This document shows, piece after piece, positions 39,776-51,500 of a stretch of DNA of 64,000 bases (the stretch's first letter is position 1; each line of letters begins with the position of its first letter). The notes below the pieces were generated by a model. The model was not told where the DNA came from, did not search any database, and saw nothing but the letters and a program-made list of their open reading frames with translations. This DNA is from Fonticula alba ATCC 38817 (lineage: Eukaryota > Protista > Nucleariida), in the NCBI GenBank assembly GCA_000388065.2, contig KB932209.1. One strand, given 5' to 3'. Made by a program: the position numbers and the translations under genes.

Positions 39776-40193
39776 AGAGAGAGAGAGCGGGTGACAGTGC
39801 GCACCGAGTCGTCATGGCGCGGGTGGTGTGAATGCCCGGCGGGAGGGGCACCTGGCCCGGATCCCGGGCCAGCCGCTTGGCTCTGGAAGAAACCCGGATC
39901 GAAGGCCGACTGCTGCGAGCTCGGTCCCGGTGGGTGGAAAGTTGCCGGGCCCCCGGCCGAGTGTAGGCTAGATGGCGGGGGGATGATCGGGGCCACCGAT
40001 ACCGACGCATCCGACAGGCTACTGGCCGGGATTGGCTGTGACGCCTTATGCGTCCGCAGGGTATTGGACCGCTTCCTGTGAGGCCGGAAAGGGACCAGAG
40101 TCAGAAGAGGCAGGGAGAGGGGGAAAGGGGCGGCACCCGGCGGCGAAAGGCAACGGCAAGGGTGCCCCCAGGCGGAGCGTACTTTAGAAACAT
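38533..40193 (-). CDS. MOB2: MOB kinase activator, fungal Mob2-like (NDR/Cbk1 co-activator); 4 exons, with polyQ
   Basis: Inferred exons 40193-40183 (11 nt), 40075-39805, 39619-39042, 38941-38533. MOB core: LVTQPKYVDMPEWIASNFFDFF, CTTKSCPLMMAG, YEYLWAD, SAPQYID, RLLRCLAHTYHAHF, HINTL..FDLIERRELAP. The PKYVD motif favours Mob2 over Mob1. Confidence 0.85.
39366..39508 (-). repeat. CAG/polyglutamine tract in MOB2
   Basis: About 26 uninterrupted CAG codons (39431-39508) within a ~29-Q run, followed by further Q/H codons. Confidence 0.9.
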
Positions 40194-41520
40194 GGCACAG
40201 GGGGGCGAAGGAGTGGGGGGATCTGATGCTCCCCTCCGCGAAGCCAGAGGGATCGCTGGGCGGCGAGCGAGAGACGGTGTCCAAAAGGCGGCGAGGGACG
40301 GGACAAGCAGGAGGAGAGAGAGAGAGAGAGAGGGGGACAAGGAAAAAGAGAGAGGGGGGAGGGAACGGGCGAGGAAGAGGGGGAAGTAGCGGGGGGGGGG
40401 AGTGGGGGAGCACACCCCGCGGCGAGCCGCGTCAGGCCGCGCCCTCAAAAAAGGGCCCCGCTAGGAATGGAGGAATGAGCTTGGACGGGGTGCGCGCGCG
40501 CGTACAAAAGGGCGTGTGTGTGGGGCGGGGGGGGGGGGGATCACCCTCGTCGCAATGCACTGAGTCTCCTCCACTCAGGTGGTCCCCGCATGTCTGGGGA
40601 TTGCTCGGTTGCCAATTAATCGTCTGCCCCGAGGGCGGCGAGGGAGCTACTCGCAGAGGAAGCTTCCTGTGTGGGGGAGGGAGTATCACTGTTCATTGTG
40701 TTCGGCCCTTGCAGGAGGGCAGACGAAAAAGGGGAACACGGCCAGAGAGCGAAGGGACCCTGTTGGTGTCCGGTCTGGCTGCAGGCGCCCCCGCCGCCCG
40801 GAGAGAGGGGCTTAATTCAGCGACTTGGGCGGACAAAGAGTTGGCATTCCGCGCCCCGGGACGCCCTGTCCCAGGCGTGCTCCCATCGCCAGCCCGCCCC
40901 GGCGCACAGAGCCCCGGCATCCATCCGGCCTGCCCTGCGGCCCAGGGGCCGGAGGGAGGAGGCCTCTCGCTTGCTGGGGGGAACGCCAACAGCGCCCAGC
41001 ATGCGACGACAGATCAGTCCTCCTCGACGCGAACCCGGGTCCGGGCCCGGAGCCATGGATGCCGGGCTCCCAAAGCCCCGGGAAGCGGCGGGGATCTAAG
41101 CACCGCTGCCCAGTCGCACCGGCCGCCCGCTAGCGTCCTTGTCGCATTCAGTGTCTCCCCCCCCCCCCCCCCGCCCCTCCCGCCCCTGTCAACGAGTCAC
41201 TCTCACACAGCAGGCCGCGGGCCAGGGGCGGGCCTCGGGCAAGGCCGCTGGCCCTCTGCGGAGGCAGGCATCCAAGTGGCAACGGGGGGGGGGGGGGGGG
41301 CTCGATCGTGCGGGAAGACATCATGGCTGACACTTCACTTCGGGCTTTCCGCACAGGCCCTCCCCGACGCCTGGCACCTTCCGACGGGCGGGGGAGGGGT
41401 GCGAAGGGCGATCGGTCGGGCCAGGGGCGAGAAGAGGCTCCTCCTTGGGGGACCGCCATTCGCGAAGCCTGGCACATCCCTCTTCCCTCCCCGCACCCCC
41501 TGTCCTATTTTCTCCTTTCT

Positions 41521-41560
<40 letters not shown>

Positions 41561-41654
41561 CACTCTATCTGCATCTCCTCGCCTCTTTTGCTCGTCACTC
41601 TCCCTCCCCCTTCGTCCATTTTCCTCCGCACTCGCTCCCACCCCCTCGTCCCCG

Positions 41655-43234
41655 ATGGCCGACCCGACGAGTCCCTCCTCGCCCTCCGGCCAGTCGTCAG
41701 CCTCGGGCTCCCGGTCGCAAGAGGCGGTACGCATGGCCTCCTCGCCCTCGCCGCATCGCCGCGTGTGCTCTAACTATGCCTCCGCCATTTTTACCATCCC
41801 GACACCACGCCTGCCAACCCCATCTCCCGATGGCCGATCCTCAGCTGCGCCTGCAGCGCCAGGCGTACCTTGAGCGCATCGACTCGACGCCGAGTGCGGA
41901 GCCCGCCCCGGCCCCCACGTCGCCCGCGCTCGCACCCAGCCAAGCCCCGATGCGTGTCGATCCAAGCCCCCCGCCCGGGCCCGCCACCCTGGGCGACGAG
42001 CTGCGCAACCATGAGCTTGGCTATGCCATCCCCATGCTGGAGCGCGTCTTCGCCATGAAGCTAGCCGTTCGTCCTTTGTCGCCTGACGCCTGGCCCCTCT
42101 CCTTTCGCCTCTTTCCCTTTCCCCCGCCCCCCCTCCCCTCTGACTCGCATGCTGTTGACCCGCCTTGCGCGCTCGAATCGCCCCGCAGGAACAGGGCTCT
42201 GCTGTCACCTCGCCCGTGCAGCCGTATGCCGACGCGAGCTTCACCCCGGGCACCGCGCCCGGCGATGCCGCCCGGCACCCGCTGCTTTTCATCCTGGATG
42301 ACTTGCACAAGCGCTACCAGGAGGCCTCGTCCCCCGAGCAGGCGGCTCTCCTACTGAAGGCCAGCGTGGATGTCTTCTTCTTGCACACCATGCACCACTC
42401 GATTGTGCTGCAGGAGCTACACACCTTCGACCAGATGACCTGGTCCTGTCCGCAGCTGGACACCTTCACCGGGGACACCCACATCTTTGGTCTGATTTTG
42501 GCCATCTACAACCGGGCACTGGAGGAGGAGAAGTCCTCGCGCATGTTCAAGGTGCGGGGCTCTTGCCTGGTGCTCCTGGGCCTGGATGGAGGATGAGGGC
42601 GGGGAATGGCTGTCTTTTGGGCTCTTTCTCTTTCTCACTCCCCCTTTCTCCGACCACCGTCACCTCGCTGCCGGGCACCTTCGGCGGGCTGTTGTTCCCC
42701 CCCCCCCCCCCCTTCCCCCAAACATGCACAAACGGGTACCGCCGTGCGCATGGCACATGCCACGCAACTGTAGACCACCGCCCCCTTCCGCATGGCTCTC
42801 CTGGGGGCCATCAAGTCGGTGGCCGTGTCCTACTCCTCGCTGGTCCTGTCATCAGACGACATCCTCATGGTGACCGAGGACAAAGTGTGCGCGTCTCCTT
42901 CGCTTGCATGGGCTCCCTTGCCTTTCCTCTTGCCGGGCTCCCATCCATGCTGACCACGGGTCCTCGGTGCAGCCTGCCGACCGATGTCCTGCTGGCGCAC
43001 ATCCTGGTGACCGTGACCACCACGACCGAGGCCTTTTCCTCGTCCATCAACCCGCGTGTGCTTCCCTCGTGCTTCATCCCGGCTCTGGTTGAGCACACCC
43101 TGTCCCAGGGTGATGGCATGTTTGACGATGTGCGCCTGAGTGTGCCCTGTTGCTCCTTCCTTCTCCTCGTCGTCCACACCAACTCAGGAGTCGAGTGGCA
43201 CTTGAATATTCCATCCCCCTGACACAAACACACA

Positions 43235-43265
<31 letters not shown>

Positions 43266-46200
43266 GCGGGCGCCTCCTCCTTTGCACCCTCGTCCTGGGG
43301 CTGGCTGGGCAGATTTTCGGCCACACCCTCGACGCCCTGCACCGCGGCGCCCAGCTCCTGGCTTCGGCCTCACGGTCACCAATCCTGCTGGAGCACATCA
43401 TCACCCACAAGACCTCGACCCAGGTGTTTGATGATACGGTTCGCTTTGTTGGGGCCCTTGTCTTCCTGGTCCGCCAACACCCGGCCATCATTGCCAAGGT
43501 ATGACTTCTTGTTGGATTTCCCCTCCTCTGCCCCTTGGCATGAGCTTCGCCCCTGTGCTCCGGCTGCCTGACTCCCTTGGCATCTCCCCCCCCCCCCTGC
43601 CCCCCTCTCTGGCTCGTACTTGCCCGTCCTCCCTCGATAGATGGTCGCCCTGCCCAATTGGTCCTTCCTTCCGACGGATCGGATCTTCAGTGGCCTGCCG
43701 CGTGAGCTCCTTGCTGGGGGGCTGCTCAACAATCAGGATTCCATTTTCTCACTGAACATCCAGATGGCGTCCTTCCTTGGTCCCTTCTTCTCGTTCTCCT
43801 TCTTCCCCAAGGACACGGTGCGTGCTTTGCTTCTTCTCTCCTGCCTGTGCTTGTCCACACATATCCACGCCGTGGCCTCCTTCGCCCCGCTCCCCCCCCC
43901 CTGGCCCCCCTTCCGGCTGGCTGACCCGATGGCCCTACTGTGCCACCTCCAACCAGCCCTTCGCCCTGGATTACTTCTTCGGACCCATTCCCCACCGTCC
44001 GGAGGCCATCATCCGACATGTGTCCATGTATGGGACCTTCCTCAACAAGAGCACCAGCCGCTACAACCGCATCGACTTCAATGTGTCCATCAAGCGCAGC
44101 TTCGATCAGTACCACGTGCGCACCTGCTGCTGCTGCTGTTGCTGCTGCGGCCATACACCCCCCCCCACACACACACACACACAGCGGACTTGCTTCCAGG
44201 CCGGTTGAACCCTGCACCCGATGGTCCCTAACCCGCTCGGCTGTCTTTGATCGTCCCACCACCCCAGACCCACCTCCATGATCTGACGTTCCTGGTGCTG
44301 AAGGCCCACCGGGACAATATGCTGGCCTTCCTGGAGGCCGTGGTCCAGGCCAATGCCAGTCGCACGCAGCTCCAGGTGAACCCGGCCCGGCTGACCTCCC
44401 TCGGCATGGCGTACAATGTCCTGGCGGTGCTGCTGCGCCTGTGCCATCCGATCCTCGAAGATGAGCCCTTCCCTCCATTGGCCCCGGATGCGTTGACCTT
44501 CTGCCAGCTAAAGGCCCCGATGGAACGCTTCCTGGACCCGTGGTTTTGGCTCCAGCCTGCCGGGCGCCCATGGGTCAAGGATGCCACTCGCTGGGCGGCC
44601 TCCGATGCCCAGGTGTCCAGCGTGGAGGCATACATTGACAGCACTTTCCCAGATTTGAAGGGTGCGGCCGAGCACACGCCCCTATGCACATGCGCAAGGC
44701 CGCCCCCCCCCCCCACACACACACACACCGGGCACAGGCTCCGAGTTGCTAACCCCTTTCCCATGACCGGGGGATCTTCTCCGTCTTCTTGCTCTTTTCC
44801 TTTCTCTGGTCCATCCATGTCGCCGGTAGACAAACCGCCCGCCTTCGTGACTCGACTCTTCTTCATGACCTTCACCATGATCCATCGCACCCTGATCCCG
44901 ATTCTCAACCAGTACAAGGAGTACTCCGGCCCGAATAGCCAGCGCCCGATCCAGGATGCGCTGCAGGCCCTCCAGGATGAGTATGGCTCCGGGGGGTCGC
45001 TGGATCTGGCCGCCCGGCTGCGTGCTCTGCCCCCGGCAGCCATGCGAAATGTCACCATCGCCGTCTACCAGTCGGAAATGTTCTATCGGACGCTGTCCAT
45101 CCTGGAGGCGGCGGTGCTGCCCTTCTCGGCCGCTGGCGAGAGTGCCATGGCCGCCGAGCCGGCCACTTTCGGCTTGCCGGCCTATGTCTCGCGCTTCCTG
45201 GCGACCGCGTCCAAGTGGCTGCTCAGCCTCCTCGGGGGCTTTCAGACGTGCGCACCTTTCACCCTCGCCCGTCGGCCTGGCCGCCGCCCGGTCCTGCCCT
45301 TCTCTGACTTTTGCCCGGGCTCTCTCCTGCTCTTCAACCCCACCCTACCGCCCTGCTGGCGCATGGGCGCTCCCAGCCTTCCACTTCGGACGCCACCATC
45401 GGACCTGGTCCGCTGCTTGCCGGAGTGGCTGCTGGAAACCGTGCTTGACTGGTTCAACTTCGTCATTTCGGCCATCCCGGCGGGGGTGCTGTGTCGGACC
45501 CTGAGTGGCTTCGACGCGGGGCCCTTCCGCATCCTGTCGGGCATTGCCCCGCCTGTGGACTTCCTGGTGACCCTGGCCACGGTGCTGCTGTATGCTCCGA
45601 TGCACATTCGCAACCCGTATCTTCGGGACAAGTTCACCGAATTCCTCTTCTCCCTGCTGCATGTGTCTTCCTCGCAGCTTCCCCCCTTCTGGGCTCTGGT
45701 TGAGGAGCACTACCCGGAGCCAGCGGCCAACATGGGCCTTCAGGTAATCATGCGGAATGCCACCGCCCGTCGGTGGCTCTTCCCCATGGCCATGGCCTTC
45801 TACCAGGGTGCGTACAAGGGTGCATCCTTGGCTCTTTGGCCCTTTTTGCTGGCCACCCTCCCGCCTTTTCCCGGAGCCGGGGACCTCCATGGGCTCGGGT
45901 CGATGGGGGGGGGGGGGTGGGGGGGGGGGGGGGGGGCCTCCCCCGGCGTTGCTCACAAATATCCGATGTCACTCACTCTGCTTGGGCCTTCTTCTTCTTC
46001 TTCTTTTTTTTCCGCCCTCTCCCCCCCTCCTCCTGTGCCCCAATGTGACACATCGGCGCAGAGGTCGAGCACACCGGGTCCTCGCACCAGTTCTTCACCA
46101 AATTCTCCATCCGCTATCGACTGGCCTGCCTGGTCAATGTATTGTGGATCAGTGACCCGGCCAACACCGTGGTCCCCTCGACGATTCCCCTGTCCAATGA

Positions 46201-48199
46201 AGAGGCCGCCGTGCTGAATGGGCGCTTTTCTTCGCAGTTCCCGCGCGAGGCCTTGCCACTGATGCAGCTGGCCGGCGAGACGCCTGCCACCACAGCCGAC
46301 GGGGCGGCCCCTTCGTCAGCCTCGTCCGGGGCTCTGGCCGCCCCAGCGCCGTCGCTCGATGGATCGCTCTCGAAGCACCCCTTCCAGGAATCGCTGCTGG
46401 CGGAGTTCCTCCAAACCTCCCACTCTTCGGTGTCGGCTCCGGGAGGGTCTTTCGTGCGCTTTGTCAATCTCCTGATGAATGACGCCACCTTCCTGCTGGA
46501 TGAGGCCCTGCGGCACTTGGCTCAGATCCACACCCACGAGCAGGAACACCCGCCCGGGGCTGATGCCAGCACCTTTTCCGAGGGGGCGGCAGCGGCCCAG
46601 CGCACACCGCCGCCCCCGCCGGCGACCCCTGCCCGGGCACGCCGCGACCCGAATGCCCAGGGCGAGCCTGCCAGCGATGAGGAGGAGTCGGAGGGGGAGG
46701 AAGACGCCTCCGCCACTGCCGAACAGACTGACATCAACACCATCCGGTCGAGGGCGTATTCCAGTGTGTCGCTCAGCTTCCAGACCCTGCTACTGGTGCG
46801 TGCTGTGCAGGGGGCATTGCTGTTCTTTTTGCCGCCTCTGCCATCTTCGGGGAGGAGGGGGGGGGGGGGATCCTGTGCACACTTATCCGCGCGCGTACTC
46901 GCGTCCTCCCCGGCCCTCCTTGGCCCTCTCGCATCCACCTTGCCAGCCAGGCGCCCGTTGACCGTGTGTTCGGCCCTTTCCTCGTTCGTGTCTCCGGTGT
47001 ATGTGTGTGTATGTGTGTGTGTGTGTGCGCGTGTGCCCTTGTCGCGCAGTTCCGCAACCTTTCCGGCACCATTCGCGAGCCCTTCCTTCGTCCGGAGATC
47101 GTCGACCGCCTGGTGGCCATGCTTAACTACAACCTGTCGCAGTTGGTCGGCCCCAAGTGCACCGAGCTCAAGGTCCACAAGCCCGAGCAGTATGGCTTCA
47201 AGCCGATCAACTTCCTGCAGGTCCTGCTGAGCACATACCTCCATCTGTCAGCGGACTTGGACACCCCGGACTCGGCCATGCTCGAGACGGCTTCCTCCTC
47301 GGCGGATGGCAGCCTGCGCGGCGTGCTGCCTCCCACCGGTGGGCCTGACTCCGATGAGGAGGAGGAGGAGGATGAGGATGACCTCCTGACCGAGGATGAG
47401 AAGCATCCCTTCTTGGTGGCCATGGCCAAGGATGAGCGGTCCTTCGATGCGCGGTATTTCACCACGGCCAGCCTGCTGCTGCGCAATCGCCTGCAGAAGT
47501 CCGACCACGAGATTGACGCGCTTTTGCGCATGTCGGCCCGGGTGCAGGCCTTGCGCGCGGCCCTGGCCGAGGACATGGGCTCCGGCGCCGAGGCTAGCGG
47601 CCCGTATGACGACTCTTCCGACATTCCGGAAGACTTGCTCGACCCGATCACCTTCGCTTTGATGACCGATCCGGTCATGCTCCCCAGCAGTCGGATGGTG
47701 GTCGACCGGTCTACCATTCAGACGCACCTCCTCAGCGACCCGACCGATCCCTTCAACCGGTCCCCACTGACGGCGGAGCAACTCCTACCTGGTGCGCCCC
47801 CCCCCCCCCCCTCCTCCCCCTCTGGTGCCTTTTCTCTGCCCGTATTTCTTCCCGCCATCCCTCTGCCCGCCTGTCTCCTCGTGGTTTTGGTCTTTGTGTG
47901 AACCCCCCTTGCGGCACAGTCCAGCTTCCATGTCACTGACCTTGTCTCCACTGGCATTCATGTATGTGTGTGTGCATGTGTGTGTGTTTGCATATGTGTG
48001 TCTCTTCTTGTGCTCTGTTGTACAACTCTCTGCAACGATGGACCACCATCCCCCCGTAGCCCCCGAAATCCGCAAGAAGGTCCGACAGCATCTGGCGCAG
48101 AAGCGCAAGGAGCGCCGACTCCGCATCAAGCAGGCCACCGCCGCCGCCGCCGCCACCACCACCACGACGGCCGGCGACACCCGCATGCAGGATCTCTAG
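41655..48199 (+). CDS. UFD2: U-box ubiquitin conjugation factor E4 (Ufd2/UBE4B); about 14 exons
   Basis: Core motifs SFLGPFF, IRNPYLRDKFTEFL, FVRFVNLLMNDATFLLDEAL, FLRPEIVDRLVAMLNYNLSQLVGPKCTELKV..YGFKP. U-box DIPEDLLDPITFALMTDPVMLPSS..DRSTIQTHLLSDPTDPFNRSPL (~47620-47790). Exon 1 41655-41726 joins 41845 in phase 0. Confidence 0.92.
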
Positions 48200-48514
48200 A
48201 CGCCAGCCAGTCGGTCAGGACAAGGACAGGGACAAGGTGTATGCACAGGCAGTCATGTGCTGGCTGTTCTCTCTCCTTGACAGCCCCCCTCTCTCTCATG
48301 ACAAACGTGAAATACGACAGGCGAATTGAAAGCCATCCATGCATGTGTAGTGTCGCGAAGGGGCATATCACGAGGGGAGGGAGGGGCACTCAGGGGGGAG
48401 CACTTTTGACTTGGGGGGGAGTAAGGAGGGCGTTTATTTTTGTGAGGAGGTGCATTCATCCGCAACAGGCGGGTAAACTGGGAGGCGATCCGGACGAAGG
48501 AGAAGTGCCACACT

Positions 48515-51500
48515 CTAGTTGAGAATTGCGAATGCATCGGCGCAAGTATTGTCTGTGACCGGTGGCGATATTCGGACAAGAGGGTTAGCCCACGCGTGTC
48601 CACAGTCCGGCAGGGGGACGGACCAGCCGAGGGAAAAGCATGCGAAGAAGGGCAGAAAACAAGCTGAGTGCGTACCGGGGAAATGGAGTCCGCGTGCCGG
48701 AAGCAGGGAGGGGCGCGCGACAGACAAGCTGGCCAGACGCTGCTGGATGCGCACCAAGGTGTCGGCGGTTGGCGCCNNNNNNNNNNNNNNNNNNNNNNNN
48801 NNNNNNNNNNNNNNNNNNNNNNNNNNNNNNNNNNNNNNNNNNNNNNNNNNNNNNNNNNNNNNNNNNNNNNNNNNNNNNNNNNNNNNNNNNNNNNNNNNNN
48901 NNNNNNNNNNNNNNNNNNNNNNNNNNNNNNNNNNNNNNNNNNNNNNNNNNNNNNNNNNNNNNNNNNNNNNNNNNNNNNNNNNNNNNNNNNNNNNNNNNNN
49001 NNNNNNNNNNNNNNNNNNNNNNNNNNNNNNNNNNNNNNNNNNNNNNNNNNNNNNNNNNNNNNNNNNNNNNNNNNNNNNNNNNNNNNNNNNNNNNNNNNNN
49101 NNNNNNNNNNNNNNNNNNNNNNNNNNNNNNNNNNNNNNNNNNNNNNNNNNNNNNNNNNNNNNNNNNNNNNNNNNNNNNNNNNNNNNNNNNNNNNNNNNNN
49201 NNNNNNNNNNNNNNNNNNNNNNNNNNNNNNNNNNNNNNNNNNNNNNNNNNNNNNNNNNNNNNNNNNNNNNNNNNNNNNNNNNNNNNNNNNNNNNNNNNNN
49301 NNNNNNNNNNNNNNNNNNNNNNNNNNNNNNNNNNNNNNNNNNNNNNNNNNNNNNNNNNNNNNNNNNNNNNNNNNNNNNNNNNNNNNNNNNNNNNNNNNNN
49401 NNNNNNNNNNNNNNNNNNNNNNNNNNNNNNNNNNNNNNNNNNNNNNNNNNNNNNNNNNNNNNNNNNNNNNNNNNNNNNNNNNNNNNNNNNNNNNNNNNNN
49501 NNNNNNNNNNNNNNNNNNNNNNNNNNNNNNNNNNNNNNNNNNNNNNNNNNNNNNNNNNNNNNNNNNNNNNNNNNNNNNNNNNNNNNNNNNNNNNNNNNNN
49601 NNNNNNNNNNNNNNNNNNNNNNNNNNNNNNNNNNNNNNNNTCGGCCTCGCAGGCGGCGCACTTGTCAAGCTTGTCGGCATTGCGCGACAGGCAAGTGGTG
49701 CAAGCCCAGGTGCCAGTGTTGTCAACCTTGATGGGATTGGCAATAGCTCCGGCCGGAGTCGCGGCAGCCGGGGTGGTGACAACGGAGGCCTTGGCTGCGG
49801 CGGCTGGAGTGGGGGTCGCAGTCGTCGAAGCAGCAGCCGGCAGTGTTGCGGAGATGTTTGTGAAGAGGAGAGGCTTGGAGGAGGCGGAGCTCGCGCCGGC
49901 GCCCAGGGCGATTGTCGGGAGAGGAAGCTTCCCTGGCGCGGGAACGGGCGCGACGGCGACCGGGGTGGCGGACGGCCCATCATCCTCCGCCAGCGAGTCG
50001 GCCGGGGCTGCAAGGAAGGAGACACCCTTGAATTGCAAGGAGTCCATCTTCAGCATCGGAGCGGCCGCAGGAGGGGCCGGCGCCGGGGTGACACCACCAG
50101 CGCCCGGCTTCTTAATGCTGGAGGCCAGCGGCTGGAAGACAAACTGATTGGCAGGTTGAGCCGGCCCCGGGGCGCCGGCCGCCGGGGTGTCGGCGGCCGG
50201 AGAGCCGGTCGCCTTGGAGCCGGGAGTATTTGTCAGGAAAATGGACGAGCCAGTGGGCTGGCCCGCGACCGGGCCCGGGGTGCTGGCAGCAGTAGCAGCA
50301 GCAGCAGCAGCAGCAGCGCCACCCAGGCCCACCGAGGCAAACGGCGAGATGATGGACTTGGAGGAGGGAGCCTGCTCCGGAGCAGGCTCATCCTCCTCAT
50401 CCTCCGTGCTGTAGTCCTCGTCGTCCTCAGCCTGGCTGTAGTCCTCGTCGTCCTCATCCTGGCTGTAGTCCTCGGCGCTGTCGGCGCTCTCATCAGCGCC
50501 ATCCTCATCCCCATCATCGCCGTCCTCGTCGGAGTACTCCTCACTGGCGGACCCGGCACTGGAGTGCTCGAGCTCCGGAGACCGGATAGCCCCGGGGAAG
50601 ACCTTCGCGGCGCTGGCTCCGGCGGACGGGACGACAGCCGTCGCGCCGAAGGGCGAGCTGACCGCACCCGAGCTGACCGCACCCGAGCCGACCGCAGTCG
50701 CCGCGGCCGAGGAAAAGGGACTGGCCCCCTTGCTGGCAGAGGCAAAGCCCCCGGCCGAGGCAAAGGGCGACCCGGCCGACGAGAAAGGCGCCACCGGATT
50801 GGAGAAAGCGCTCGGCTGGCCGAAGGCCGCCTTCTTGTCATTGGATCCGGTGTCGAAGGGGCCCCGACCGAAGGGGCTGGCCATGGATGAGGCACCCGCG
50901 CCGAAGGGCGTCCCACCGAAGGGGCTAGCCCCGGCCCCGGTGTTGTTGCTCAAACCCGAGGAGCTAGTGCCAGGGGCGACGGCATTCGAGCCGAAAGGAC
51001 TGGGTGCTGTGGCCGGCGTGCTGGTCGAAGAGGCGGCCGGGCCGGGGGCAGCTGGCTTGGCGAAGTGGTTCCCGCCGAAGGGGCTGCCCCCGGAGGCGGC
51101 GGCCGAACTGAAAGGACCAGTACCGGGCACGGCAGCGCCGGTCCCGAAGGGGCTTGCCCCCGAGGTGGAAGCCGACCCGAAGGGGCTTGCACCGGCGGCG
51201 GAATTCGACCCGAAGGGGCTTGCACCGGCGGCGGAATTCGACCCGAAGGGGCTGGACACCGCGGAGGCAGAGTTCGATGCAAAGGGACTGGCCTTGGCGG
51301 CACCGAAGGCACCGGAGCCGAAGGGGCTGGCCGCCGGGGCGCCAGTAGACTTGCTTCCGAAGGGGCTCGGCGCAGCTGCACCAGGGGAGGCCGAACCGGA
51401 GGGGCCAGCCGAGCCGACCACCGGCGCCGTCATCTCCGCAGCCGAACTGAAGGGGCTGCTGGTTGAGGCGATCGACTGGCCGGCAGGCTTGGCCGTGGCC

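Noticed and set aside
40200-41650. ORF 40226-41773 between MOB2 and UFD2
   Set aside because: Translation runs through (GA)n, (CA)n and poly-G/C tracts; interpreted as a divergent promoter region.
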